Part shown: in pieces, positions 48,431-61,589 of the stretch
Layout: the number at the start of each line of letters is the position of its first letter
How positions within the stretch are numbered: position 1 is the first letter of the stretch
NCBI GenBank assembly: GCA_002269645.1
Contig: NIVC01001731.1
Coordinates: 148,272-212,271 of the forward strand
DNA from: Macrostomum lignano
Lineage: Eukaryota
DNA: 64,000 nt
Direction: 5' to 3'
The notes under the pieces: model-generated
Seen by the model: only the letters and a program-made list of their open reading frames with translations
Told to the model about the DNA's origin: nothing
The model's database searches: none
Position numbers and translations under genes: made by a program

Positions 48431-50921
48431 ACAAGCAGTTGAAACTCGCGGATTTTGAACCCGGGGAATTCCAATGCCCGAAACTATTTTTGCATGTACG
48501 AGCCTCGTATTCTGAAATCTGAGGCCATACAGGAACAAAAACTTTTTAATAGATAGTAGGATAGAGGTGTTAATATAGTAGGATAGAGGTGTTATTAGAT
48601 AGTAGGATAGAGGTGTTAATAGATAGTAGGATACAGGTGTTAATAGATAGTAGGATAGAGGTGTTAATAGATAGTAGGATAGAGGTGTTAATAGATAGTA
48701 GGATAGAGGTGTTAATAGATAGTAGGATAGAGGTGTTAATATAGTAGGATAGAGGTGTTATTAGATAGTAGGATAGAGGTGTTAATAGATAGTAGGATAC
48801 AGGTGTTAATAGATAGTAGGATAGAGGTGTTAATAGATAGTAGGATAGAGGTGTTAATAGATAGTAGGATACAGGTGTTAATAGATAGTAGGATAGAGGT
48901 GTTATTAGATAGTAGGATAGAGGTGTTAATAGATAGTAGGATACAGGTGTTAATAGATAGTAGGATACAGGTGTTAATAGATAGTAGGATACAGGTGTTA
49001 ATAGATAGTAGGATAGAGGTGTTATTAGATAGTAGGATAGAGGTGTTAATAGATAGTAGGATACAGGTGTTAATAGATAGTAGGATAGAGGTGTTAATAG
49101 ATAGTAGGATAGAGGTGTTAATAGATAGTAGGATAGAGGTGTTAATAGATAGTAGGATAGAGGTGTTAATATAGTAGGATAGAGGTGTTATTAGATAGTA
49201 GGATAGAGGTGTTAATAGATAGTAGGATACAGGTGTTAATAGATAGTAGGATAGAGGTGTTAATAGATAGTAGGATAGAGGTGTTAATAGATAGTAGGAT
49301 ACAGGTGTTAATAGATAGTAGGATAGAGGTGTTAATAGATAGTAGGATAGAGGTGTTAATAGATGGTAGGATAGAGGTAAACATAAAATGGAGTAAACTT
49401 GTGTAAAATTAGGATTTGAGGCAAATATTTGATATTGTTCGCTGGGGTACTGCGCACAATGTCAGGCAGTGTCTGTCTGACTCTAAAACATGCATTGGCA
49501 AACTCTGGCCTCTGCCTCTGACTCTCCCTACGTCCCATGGATCCTTTAAAACTTCGATCTTCTCTTCTGTTACCTCTGTCTCTCTCGTCCCTCGTCTCTC
49601 CTCTCTCCCCTCTTCTCGTATCTTCCTTCATCTCTCTTCTCTTTCATTTCTCTTCTTTTTTCTCTCCTCTCCTCTCTCCCCCTCTTCTCTCGTCTCTTTT
49701 CTCACTTTTCTGCTCTCTTCCCTTTACTCTTTCATTTCCCACTTCACTTCTATCCTCTCTGCTCTCTCCTCTCTCCTTTTATCTGCAGCTCTCTGCTCTC
49801 TCATCTCTACTCGTTCCTATTATATTCTATATTTTCTCTTATTCCCTCTCTCGCCTCTCTTCTCTTTTCGAATCGTCATTCCTTCTTCTTTTTGCTCTCA
49901 TCTGCCCCTCAGCCATGAGCTGGATTCTTTATCTCGCCCTTGAGGTAAAATTCTGCCCATCCCTGCTTGGAAAGCCAGTTTGTGGGACGTAGTACTCTCA
50001 TGCTTTTATCATGTCATCTTTCTTGCCAATTTGCAGCCCTGAAAGGAATTTGTGTATCTTCAGCTCCACTGCAGTCTGCATCAGGATCAGTCTAACAACC
50101 AAGGAAATACGCATTTCTTAGGAGGCCATTTAAGTTTTAAAAGGTACCTTTAAGAGAAACTTTAAATTTTAATGGTTTGACTAAGTTAGTAGGGTTGTAT
50201 TGCATTGCATCGCCTTTTCATAAATCTTTCGCTTTTACAAACCATGCTGGATTTCCTGCTTTTGACTTGCCAATTGCCATCCACTATTAAACTGTCCTTG
50301 GTCTGGGGGAATGAATCGGATGAGCGGCACAAACAAAAGAAAAAGCAGACAAACTCCATATGCTTACAGTTTATGTTCTGATTAAGTTACAGAGTTGAAA
50401 CTTAACATTTAGACAGAGGATGAATCAATGAAGAATTGTGTCAAGTTTGAAGTCAATCGCTTTACGTGGAGCAAACTTATGGCAGCCGAAAGTTAGTCAA
50501 TTTACAACCCATTTTCCACATCTGGCCAGATAAAAGGGAAGGAGACAGACGCGGTGGTTGGGGTGAAGTGCAACAGCGCCGTTAAGGATTAACTTTGAGA
50601 CTTGAAATTTCACACGATTGTGCCAAAATAGTTGAAGATTGATTGTATCGAATTTGAAGAGGATTGGTAAAACTGGAGCAGCGCTATGAAAGATTTAGTG
50701 AAAAAATCGCGCATTTTGAGCAGTTTTTGCACTTTTAGGTAGGAAGACTCTAATTTAGGAAATTTTAAGTTAGCCTAAGAAATTCTACATAGTGAGTTTA
50801 GGGTGGGTGCAAAATTTGGTGTCAGTTGGTTAAGTGGTTTGAGAGTCCATAGCAATCAAAATTGTACTAGACAGACAGACACACACACAGAGACAAAGTA
50901 TTCATTTTCATGGGTATAGAT
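48431..50921 (+). mobile_element. Same DINE-1/Lep1-like element, copy B
   Basis: ACAAGCAGTTGAAACTCGCGGATTTTGAACCCGGGGAATTCC start; shared blocks such as GGAAAGCCAGTTTGTGGGACGTAGTACTCTCATG and TGAAGAATTGTGTCAAGTTTGAAGTCAATCGCTTTACGTGGAGC; ends ..GTATAGAT. Confidence 0.7.
48545..49378. repeat. 24-bp minisatellite inside element copy B, about 35 copies
   Basis: TAATAGATAGTAGGATAGAGGTGT. Confidence 0.97.
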
Positions 50922-52646
50922 ACAAGAATAGCTAGGACTGCATTTAACACAACTTTAGTTCTTATCAATTCAACCACATGTGCATATGGCATAAAAAATC
51001 TTTGTTGCTTAAGCTCCTAACCCTAGGGACTTAAGAACTCTACCCTAGTGGGTAAAGGATAAGTGGGTTACTACATAGGTTCCCCCCCAAGGGGTTGCAA
51101 TGTGCTAGTCCATATACTAAAAATGGTTTGGTGGTATCTACGTATATGATCAATTTCAGAAAAAATGGCTCAACCAATTTTCTTCAAGCTTGCACCATTT
51201 GATCATTAATATCTAAAGCTCTTTTAGTTCTTTAAAGGTCTCAATTTTTGAGTGGCTAATATTATTAGATATGGGAAAAAACAGTTACTTTGCAGAGAAA
51301 AAATTAAACTAAAGCCAAGTTTTTCCATTTAAATTAGAATGCAATAGTGCTATTTTAAAGAATTTAGGTATTAGAACTTTATGTAATTGAACATTTTTGT
51401 AACTGAGTAATAATAAACATGACACTTATTTTGTTATTATGTATATGTAAATGTCAAATGTAACAATAGAAAAAAGGTCTTTTTTGTTGCAGTGCAAAAG
51501 TAAAGGTCACATAATTTTGAAATTTTTGGTACATGATAATCAGATTTATAATATTTGGCATACTTTGCTAATACCTAAATTTCTGTTAAAAAAACTCTGG
51601 CATATACTGGACACCTTGCTGAAAATGACACATACCATTAGAATGATTTCCATTTTATCTGCATGGCTCATTGACAAGACAGTTGCAAGGCTGCTACCTG
51701 ATGATAATAATATTATAGGATTAGAAAACTTACTACAAATTAAAATTATAAACATTTATATTATAGACTTATTTTACTTTGGGTGCCACCAAATTTGTCA
51801 ACCTTGCCATGCATTGTTACAGTTTCTATTTTTTATAAGCTATTGAAACCTACAGATTTTTAACCTAATAAATTCTAATAAATTCTAATTTTTTATGCAT
51901 TTTGAAATCTAAAGTCATACTTAAACTAAGCCTTATTAATGGTTGAAATAAACAAAACTTGGGATTAAAATTGAATTAAAGTGACCTACTTCACTTAAGA
52001 GATGCAATAAAGTGTAGTAAAACATGTATGTAGCATACAAACCATTATAGCCCAATAGACTCTTGATTTACTTATATATCTAAATACTCATCTAGGCTTA
52101 TATACAATATGGTTTTATGTACATAGTATTAATTATCCAATTCATTTGATTTTAATTCATGTATGCACAATAGCATTTAGAATGTGCATTTATGAAGTTA
52201 TGTTGAAGTCTTTGGCAATAGTTTGCTCATTGAATTACAGAAATTTGTATTATTGCATTAAGAAATAACTTTAGGAAAGTCTGTCTTGTTGTTGACAAAT
52301 TTGCTTAGCTTGTTTTAACTATTGACAAACTTGATTTCTTTCAATTTCTTAAATTTTGGGTCTATTGACAAATTAGAAGATGTTGATAAATTTGATATAA
52401 CTTGTTTACTTGAAATCATAAATCATAATTACAGTGTTTTATTTATTTAAAAGTGGTATTTCATTTTTACTTCTATAAAATATTATTATAATATTAAGCA
52501 AAGTTATGTTGTTATACTGCAATTAAACCATAAGTAACAAACAAAATTATTTTTATGATACCTTATCTTTTGTAGGAATAGGAAGATAAGATAGGCCCCT
52601 AGCTATCTCATCAATATGAAATGTGCTTAAGATAGAAGTTCCCACA

Positions 52647-53432
52647 GGCTCATTCCATATAAGATGGACATATTTGGAAAATAGAAAAAAGTCAATATTT
52701 TTGCTTGCCATTGCCTAATTAGCCTATTTTTTTACCAAATGTTTATATTGTGCAATATATACAATCTAAGAATAAAGGAATGGTAAAATGTTGGATTAGT
52801 ATGTTATCAATTGGCAAAAAGTCATTTTTGTAAAAATTTGGACATTTTTCGAAGCAAAAGACATCATTAAGATTTTGTACCTTTTAAAAACAAATAGAAA
52901 GCTTTTGAAGGTTGAAACAAACTATAGATAAAAGTATAGTACTTGCATCATCAGATAAAAGCATTGGTGACCAAATAATCTATTATATTTTTAATGTATT
53001 AGTACATCAAAGTTACTGAATTGACAGAAAAAAATATGTTACGACCATAATGTTACGACCATAAGGCTGCCTTTTCTTTTGTATCTTTGTTGCCTTTTGA
53101 GTTTATATATTCTAATAAAAGAGTATGATTTCTAAAGATGTTCTTAGTCAAATTTTAAAAATGTATTGCAAAATATCAAAAATGAAAAATGTTATAAGAC
53201 TTTTACCTTTTAGTTTCTATATGTCAAAAATCCTGTCGTTACGACCATAAGTGTCATTTAAGGTTTAATAGCATATATACTAATGATGATATCTATATGA
53301 AACTCTATAAATATATTCTAGACAAAATAATCTTTCATTTAAAATATTGGTTTAGTATATTCTATTATTAGATTTCATTTTATAAGTAAAAATAACCTGT
53401 CATGTTACGACCATGCTTATATGGAATGAGCC
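52647..53432. mobile_element. 786-bp non-autonomous DNA transposon
   Basis: 17-bp perfect TIR GGCTCATTCCATATAAG, flanking duplication CACA, repeated GTTACGACCAT motifs inside. Confidence 0.8.
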
Positions 53433-56234
53433 CACAGCATATATAAATCAATAAATAAGATAGGCTATATCTTGTAGAAATAAGCAAAAAATAATTCCAT
53501 AATAGGCCTACCAGTCCATAGCCGTCCATAGCCTATCAGCTCTTTATAGGAATAAGACTATAACTAGGGCCTATTCCTATGGTAACATAGGGATATGCAT
53601 TGCCAAAGCATTAATGTCCATAATGTCAATGCATAAAATATGCTAAACAATTACCTTGTTATAATAATTTTAATTTAAAATAATGACAATAAATTGGTTT
53701 GATCAGATCAGGTAACACACTAAAATATTCTATAGTTGGTAGTGAAAAATTTTCAAATCAATGGTATAATGCTAATGTTTTGTTTTAATAATCTTTTTAG
53801 AGCTACTTTTGAACAAGTGGGTTATAGCCTAGTGGTAAGAGCATTGTATTTATGATTAAAAGTTAAAAGTTCCAAATACTTCCAATTTTCCAACTTTTCT
53901 AAAACTTTTACTGGAGACTCTTCTTGTAAAGTAGAATAGAGTCTTGGAGGCTGTCTAAAATAATAATAAAGCAAAGAAAACTGCAAAAAATATCTTCAAA
54001 GTTAACAGGAGCTCAATTTGTTAATCCCTTATGTTAGTTTTGAAGAATTGTATGTTTGAAAATAAAACTTTTTTAGAATAATGACTTAAAGGTAAATATT
54101 TTCCATAGTTTAAAAAATTCATTCTAAAAAAAATTAGAGGGTTAGATTTTACCTCCAATAAAAAGAGTGTCTATTCTAATTTTTCTTTACTCAGTTTATT
54201 ATGGTGCAATGAGTGCCACATCAAATTAGGTCTAGTGTTTTAAAAAATGCTGATTCATGGTTTGCCACCACCCTCACCCCTGCTTTTAATTTGCTGTCAT
54301 TCTCTCATGGTTCTAAATAGCTATACATTTTTACTTGCTTAAATGCTTACCTATACTTATTTCTACTAATTTGCATTGAAGTCTATTCTAAAAGGTAACT
54401 ACAGCTACTAATATCAATTAGGTTGATAAGATTCAATTTTTTTCTACATGGGGGTGTTTGATAACAGATAACTTCTTAAATTTTTAATTTAAGCTACATT
54501 ATAATTTCCCTAGACACTCTTAGTCTCCAAATTTATCTACCTAATCTACAATAGACCCCCATGCCTTTATTGAAGTTTAGGTACATAAAATCATAAAAAA
54601 TCAATCCCCAACCCCATGAAGATTTTTCCCACCCTAAAACCCTCCCATGCCACGGTGGTTGGTTATTGCCCCCCATTGGGTTCAGAATTTACCTACCTAA
54701 TCTTCAATAGACCCCAATGCCTCTACTGAAGTTAAGGTAGATAAAATCAATCCCCATGAAGTTTTTCCCCACCCTAAAACCTCTCCCATTCCCTATGCCC
54801 TGGACCTGGTGGTTCCATAGTCAGGATCATGTCATGGTATACGCCGGAATAAAAAGTCCCCCAAAAAAATCTATGCCACTTTATACTGAAACATATGCCA
54901 AGGTCCAAGCCATAGTGCGGAAGGACAGGTATATGCCAGAAATCTCCGTCGTACACAGGGATCGCCTGTCGTACATGTCGTACATCGCTAATTTTTGGGG
55001 GGGCGCTATGTTGTACACTGTCGTACATGTAAACATGTTACATGTCTGTCTGTCGTACACTTGTCAATGTCATACGACTCATACATGAAGTATAGACATA
55101 GTTAGTATTCCTTTGATAGACAATCGGACACTAGTACCAGATACTCGTAGTCTTGTAACTACCTTATAACGTCGTTGTTAACATATTGCATTGAAGCAAA
55201 GAAGTAAAAATTCAATAGTTGCACTTTTCCACTCAAAGGGTAATTTTAATTATCAGTATTATATTTGTACAAACTCTTAAATTCAATTTTATTGGCGCAA
55301 AACTATACTTGACATTGCAAGCAGAAAAGTACAATATATCTGTTGTTTTACTTTGCATATTAAAAAAAACACAATATCAAGAATTTCCCGCACCTACCCA
55401 CATATTCAAAAAGTTGACTATTTTTGTCGTACAGCACTTCCTTAAACTCTAACTCTGTCGTACAACACTAGTACCATTTTCCAATCCCTGTCGTACTGTC
55501 ATACAACAGGCCAAAATGAAAATTTACCTTCCGTTGTATACAGAAATCCTTCCGCACTATGGGGTCCAAGGAACTTATGCTAGGTTTTCTAGGCTTTGCG
55601 ACAATAAATGACCTTTTTGGCGTTACACATTTTTAACAATAAAAATTTAACAAATGTGTGGTTTTCCTTTAAAGTAAATTGGCTTACAGATAATGCCAAC
55701 AAAAATCAATTTTTTGTTTAAGTTTTTTTAGAAAATCAACAGTGCAACACAATTAGTTTCTGTGGAATTTTAAATTTTTATAAATCATGAATAGTTAGGG
55801 CCTATGAACTTTCATCTTCGCTTACTAGTTTTACGGTTTTTATGATTTTATAATAAGATTCTGAGGTTACGGCATTATGCCAACAATTGTTAATATTAAC
55901 TTTGGCGTGAAGGTTGGAGTTGGCGTACGCTGCTTGGCGTATTTACGCCACGGCGTCACGCCAAAAGGTACACCAAATATATTTTGCCTCATTTTTTTAC
56001 GCCAATTGTACACCAAAAAAAAGTAAAATTTTCAATTGTACACCAGAAATTTCTGGCATAATGTACATCATCCTGACTATGGTGGTGGTTGGCTTTAAGC
56101 TACGAAAAAATGAAGCTCAAATTTAAAATCAGCACCATCAAAAACCCATATAAAGACAAAATTATGATCCAATTAAAACTACAACTATTTTACGTACCTA
56201 AAGTTCAAGAAGTCCACCTTGGACTTGGAACAAT

Positions 56235-56310
56235 TTGTGTCCTTGAGCAACACACTTAACTCTGCATTGCTTCAGTTCACCTAGCTATAAAATGGGTACC
56301 AGTACCAGCA
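56235..56310 (+). mobile_element. Remnant of a CORE-type SINE central domain
   Basis: GTGTCCTTGAGCAACACACTTAAC followed by CAGTTCACCTAGCTATAAAATGGGTACC resembles conserved SINE core domains (recognised from memory, not aligned). Confidence 0.45.
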
Positions 56311-57920
56311 TTAGCTAGGGTAATTTAAGGTATATGTATGGCGACCCTATAAACATAAATAGTAAAGAATCTTACCGTCTATCACCATTCCCTCTGAAGG
56401 GAGTCGAAAGTTCTCTTTTTCATAAGCAACCAGCGCCGCCGCTAGCTCACAGAAAACAAGCAAGAAAGGTTAATTGAATTTTTATTCAATAGAGGAAAGA
56501 ATATTTATATTTAGCTAATAACAATCTAAAAAGAATTTTTTTCTTAAACAAATTATATTAAAAACCCAAACAGATTTTAAAAAATTAATTTGTTCCACTT
56601 TTTGTTATGTTTTATAAAAAATTAAAAAATTAGGACCGTTCCACAGCTGCGGTATGCACATCGAAAATAAAGTTCCGATCCGAGCACTGTAAAGCAAGAA
56701 ATTTGACCGCATTCGAACACAGTAGATTGAGCAGACGTAGTCGCAATTTTATTTTCATAGTGCTTAACGATGTTAGATGTTAGCATGTTATAGCAAAGGA
56801 CTGCGTACATGTAACTTATTGCACATAAAAAGTACAAAGAACATGTACCGGTAAATGCACATGCAGTGAAATATTGCAAGTTGTATTCAAACATTATCTG
56901 CTTGCGGGGTTTATTCTTCATTATCATCATTGGGCCGGAGATATTCGCGACATGAGGGTAAATTTACTATTATGTATTGCGTAATAAAATTGAAAGTAAA
57001 AATGAAGATTGTTTAACGTTCGGTGAAAGTTGGCTTGGGTGACTCTGGAGCATCACTGAATTTCATGACTAGCTTTAAATAATATTTTTAGAGTTTATTT
57101 TCATATAATATCAATTTCCACTGTACAGCTTGGAATAGAAGAAATGGCAGTCATGTATCATAAATAGAAAGAAAGCAGAATTTTACTGAAACCCGAATCG
57201 GTCGGTCAAAAACATTATATAGCTAGATAGTAGATAACCTAGAATAAAATAGAAAATTATTTCTACGAAGCAGATTTTAATTTGGATATTTTTTAACAAT
57301 AGGAAATATTTCATGCCGGACAAAACAGACAATAACAGTTCAGTTTGTAATTAAAAAATAAATGCATTTACAATGCACTAATATAACTACAGGTAAAAAG
57401 TAAACGTTTGGTCACGCCCGTCACTCAGTGACGGACATCCTAGGCATTGGAATTTCGGCGAGTCAATAAGATTAAATTTACAAAAATTGCCAAGAAGTTG
57501 AACGCACGAATAAAATTGTCTGTATAATACACTGCATAAATAATTGCAACAATTAATTAACTCAACAAGCGGATATCAAGTAAAGCAGAGACCATGCACT
57601 ATTGATCTTTGTTCAAACGGAACATTATGCGAAGAAACGAGTAAATAATCAATTATCACCTTTATCACGCCTATAGTAGTAACGGCTGCTGTTTAATTTA
57701 TAGAAAAGGGAATTTAATTCAAGTTAAAAATAAAGTGGGCAAAAAATAGACACAGACAAAATTTGCGCAGTTCCAGGAATGCTGCAAGCAATTTAAAATT
57801 CCATGTACCAATTACGATTGATCCAAGTAGAGGGACGGGAGAGTTTGTTTCTTAGAAAATGTTTGAAGACTGAAGCTTCATTTTTTCAAAGATTCAAAGC
57901 AAAAATGTGCAGCAAAAAGG

Positions 57921-59162
57921 TTAGCTTTTCTCGTCGCCAACTCTATTGATCAGCTCGTCGCAGATGCTGGTGAGCTCGGCATTCTCCTGCACCTTGTGAT
58001 CCAATTGGGCTTGCAGATTTTGCGCCTGCAGTTCCGCTTTGCGCAGCACCGCCTGTAGCCTGGCCAGCTCCGACTCGCTGTTCCGCCGCTGCTCATCGAT
58101 GTGCCGATTGGCCGCCTCGAGTTTCTCCTCGGCGTGCGCCTTCAGCGTCAAGTATTTCTGCTCGTTGCGCTTCATTCGAGCCTGGTGCTCCTGTGGAGAG
58201 GCAATTTTGGGGTCAGCAATGTGTTTATTCATAGTTTTCTGCCAATAGCTGTTTAGAGTAAAAACGGCCCTTTTAATCAGTAGGACATTTTTTCACAACT
58301 AGCAGAGATTTTACCCATTCGCCAACTCCACAAAAGCGCTAATACAGTACGCAGGCACGCACTCATACGATGAACACACCATACATGCGCAACACATGAC
58401 CGGCTAGGCTAGTGAGGGGCCCAGCCAAGGTAAGTCGCAAAAATGCCACCAAAAATAGACGCAATACTAATTAGACGACGAAGCATTCAGCCTTAATAAT
58501 ACAATTATAGTTACTCCTGCCGTTTACCCAAAATTGCTTAGATTTCTTTTATAGGTAAGTCGCATTTTTGGTCAAAGTAAGTCGCATGGCCAGTCTAAAT
58601 ATGAGTGTTGCGGCACTGACTTTTTAATCGTTAGAGGCATGCACAACTCTCCGTGCCTTTACAGTTGGCCCTCCTGACGCGTTTTTTACCGCAAGACAAC
58701 TCTGCAAGTATTTAAGTTATCTACGCAACATATCGGTATACAACTCACCTGCACAGACCGGTGCAGAGCCTGCTCATTGGCTCTCAGCGACTCAATTACT
58801 TGTTTGGATTTCTCGAATCGTTTGTGCAGATCTGAGAAGGCTTTCTCAACCGACTGCAGGTCTTCAAGAGCCTGGTCCCGGTCACGCATCAGCTCGACGA
58901 CCTGGGCATCGGCATCATGTCGTTTGTCGGCCACCAGGCGGAGGCAGCGATCGAACTCGCGGAACACGAGGCGACAGCTGTCTAGCTCAGACTGCAGGCG
59001 GGCGTTCTCAGCTGTTAGACTGCGAATCCGCGACTCCTGCTTTCGCAACTGCTGCTGCTGAGATGTCGCTGATGTCGAAGATGAAGCTGGCAGCTGGGAA
59101 GGCGTTGGGGACTTCGATTTTTCGTGTCCAGTGTGGTTGGCGCTGCCGGCTGTCTGCGATCT
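57921..59162 (-). CDS. TACC: Transforming acidic coiled-coil (TACC) protein, C-terminal TACC domain exons
   Basis: Exons 59162-58749 (RDQALEDLQSVEKAFSDLHKRFEKSKQVIESLRANEQAL) and 58190-57921 (KYLTLKAHAEEKLEAAN..KVQENAELTSICDELI), phase 0, canonical splice sites; these are hallmark TACC-domain motifs. Confidence 0.92.
58380..58618. mobile_element. Diverged second copy of the same hAT-type MITE, in a TACC intron
   Basis: Starts CATACATGCGCAAC; shares AAGTCGCAAAAATGCCA, ATAGTTACTCCTGCCGTTTACCCAAA, GTAAGTCGCATTTTTGG and AAGTCGCATGGCC; right TIR degenerate, no TSD. Confidence 0.8.
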
Positions 59163-59204
59163 CTGCAACAATTTTGAGGCATATTTAAGTGAAGGGAGCA
59201 GGTC

Positions 59205-59600
59205 TAGGGGTTTCAGAGCAGGTCTGGGGGTTTCAGAGCAGGTCTGGAGTTTCAGAGCAGGTCTGGAGTTTCAGAGCAGGTCTGGGGGTTTCAGAGCAGG
59301 TCTGGGTTTCAGAGCAGGTCTGGGGTTTCAGAGCAGGTCTGGGGGTTTCAGAGCAGGTCTGGGGGTTCAGAGCAGGTCTGGGGGTTTCAGAGCAGGTCTG
59401 GGGGTTTCAGAGCAGGTCTGGGGGTTTCAGAGCAGGTCTGGGGGTTTCAGAGCAGGTCTGGGGGTTTCAGAGCAGGTCTGGGGGTTTCAGAGCAGGTCTG
59501 GGGGTTTCAGAGCAGGTCTGGGGGTTTCAGAACAGCTCTGGGGGTTTCAGAACAGGTCTGGGGGTTTCAGAGCAGGTCTGGGGGTTTCAGAGTAGGTCTG
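59205..59600. repeat. 20-bp minisatellite (TACC intron)
   Basis: GGGGTTTCAGAGCAGGTCTG. Confidence 0.95.
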
Positions 59601-59634
59601 GAAACCAGTGCATCAGTCCGGGGTGTTTTTATCG

Positions 59635-59810
59635 GTCTGGGCATCTGTGAATCAGGTTGGGGGTCTGTGAATAAGTCTGGGGATCTGTGAATAAGTCTGG
59701 GGATTTGTGAATAAGTCTGGGGATCTGTGAATAAGTCTGGGGATCTGTGAATAAGTCTGGGCATCTGTGAATCAGTCCGTAAATCTTTGATTTAGTCTGT
59801 GAATCAGTCT
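59635..59810. repeat. Second 20-bp minisatellite (same intron)
   Basis: GGATCTGTGAATAAGTCTGG. Confidence 0.9.
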
Positions 59811-59862
59811 GGTAAAAAAACTGAATCCTAGGGCAGGTCTCAAGAAGCGAAGCGCAGCTCAC

Positions 59863-59895
59863 CATCGAGTCGTCTTCAGCTCCGGAGGCCAGCAA
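59863..59895 (-). CDS. Probable 33-nt micro-exon of the TACC gene (LLASGAEDDSM)
   Basis: Acceptor TTCTTTTTCAG, donor GTGAGC, phase 0/0 compatible with the next exon. Confidence 0.55.
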
Positions 59896-60497
59896 CTGAA
59901 AAAGAATTGAACAGGAGCGGACAAACGCACATCTTAGTCCTCAGAGCGAATTATTTTTGTTAAAGTAAATCAATTAAGCGATCAATGAAACCACTTGGAA
60001 TAACCTTCTTAAGCAACGCGAAATATTAGAAGAAATTGGTACAGAAATTCCAGGCTACGAAAGTCGCGACAGTCGCGCCGAAAAATTTTAAAAGCAGAAA
60101 AAACTCTACCGACTAAAGTAAGGCAACAAAGCCCTTCCTTTGAAAAAGCAGAAGCAAATTTAACCCTCCGGACACCAAAAAAGGCTAAAACGAGAAACAA
60201 CAAAATTGCCTGTTCTAATTCTTGCTCTTCAAAGTCCGGCAATTGGCCCAATAAATTATCGATAGAATCTGACAGACAGGGAGAGCCTGACAGCCCGCTG
60301 GCCGCCTGATCTTTGCGACTTGATGGCTCCTCTAGAACAGACTCTTGCTGCTGCTGCGGCGGGTCCTGTTGAACTTCTGATGGAGCTGGCTGTTTGAGTT
60401 CAATATTAGCCGTATGTATGAACCAATTAGACAGAGGAAAAGTTGTACACAAATTTATAAATGTTGTTAAAACTTTGACAAAATTGGCAAGAGAGCC

Positions 60498-60665
60498 ACT
60501 ATAGATGATAGATAGATAGATAGATAGATGGATAGATAGATAGATAGATAGATAGATGGATAGATAGATGGATAGATAGATAGATGGATATATAGATGGA
60601 TAGATAGATGGATAGATAGATAGATGGATATATAGATAGATAGATGGATATATAGATAGTTATCT

Positions 60666-60708
<43 letters not shown>

Positions 60709-60976
60709 GACAGAATGATAGATCCATAGATGATAGATAGATAGATAGATAGATAGATGATAGGCAGATAGATAGGCAGATAGGCAGATAGATATGCAGA
60801 TAGGCAGATAGATAGGCAGATAGGCAGACAGATAGGCAGATGAATAGGCAGATATGCAGATAGATAGGCAGATGAATAGGCAGATATACAGATAGATAGG
60901 CAGATAGATATGCACATAGGCAGATGAATAGGCAGATATGCAGATAGATAGGCAGATAGATAGGCAGATAGGCAGA
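60498..60976. repeat. (GATA)n grading into GGCAGATA repeats
   Basis: Direct inspection. Confidence 0.95.
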
Positions 60977-60983
60977 CACTCAC

Positions 60984-61325
60984 ACGCTCAGTGCCGATCC
61001 CTGCTTCTTCTGCCGGCGGTTCCTCGCAGCCGCCTGGCACCTCAGCCCGTTCCTGCTCAGCCTCGCAGTCTCCCGCACTGGCCGAGGCGGCCTCTTCCAG
61101 CGCCTCAGGGTCGCAGTTGCCGTCTTCAACAGCGGGCAGGTGCTGTTTCTCCTCGCACCCGTTGACAGCCGCAGTTCCAGCCGGAGGCTCAGTCGGCAGT
61201 GGCCTATCTGCCCCTGGCTGTTGTTGCCTAGCAACGGTGCTCGAACCGCCAGCGAATTGCAGGTGCAAATCGGCGCTGGGCAGCAGCACAGATTGGCGCT
61301 CGAACTCCGAGGCAGCCTGGTTGAA
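60984..61325 (-). CDS. Probable upstream acidic low-complexity exon of the TACC gene
   Basis: CAG acceptor, open 114 codons (FNQAASEFERQSVLL..EEAGIGTER), donor GTGAGT, GC-rich coding composition. Confidence 0.6.
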
Positions 61326-61491
61326 CTGCGGGTACGGATCGGGGCCCAGAGACAGTCAGGGCGGGGGTCTTATAAAATGCTCAACCAGGGAAGGGGGGCG
61401 GGCAGACAGACAAACAGGCCAGTGCAAACAACAACTGGGCAATCTTCAAAGGGTTCAAAAAACTAGAATATAAAAGAACAGCCTGCGTTAC

Positions 61492-61589
61492 CCTGGACTG
61501 CAATTTGCGTAAATCAGCTGCAGTTGCTGCCGCTGAGGCCGCTCCAGTGCCGCTGGCGCTGTGACTCTGACAGTCTTTGGGCATGCCAG
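61492..61589 (-). CDS. Possible small exon (GMPKDCQSHSASGTGAASAAATAADLRKLQSR); acceptor uncertain
   Basis: GC-rich open frame ending at phase-0 donor GTAACG; the 5' boundary does not match phase cleanly. Confidence 0.35.

Noticed and set aside
51451-51846. 131-aa ORF and other short ORFs in AT-rich zones (26-29 kb, 54-57 kb)
   Set aside because: No recognisable motifs or splice context; composition typical of noncoding DNA
60009-60452. 147-aa minus-strand ORF in a TACC intron
   Set aside because: Part could be an exon (acceptor near 60390), but no convincing GT donor in compatible phase was found, so it is not called
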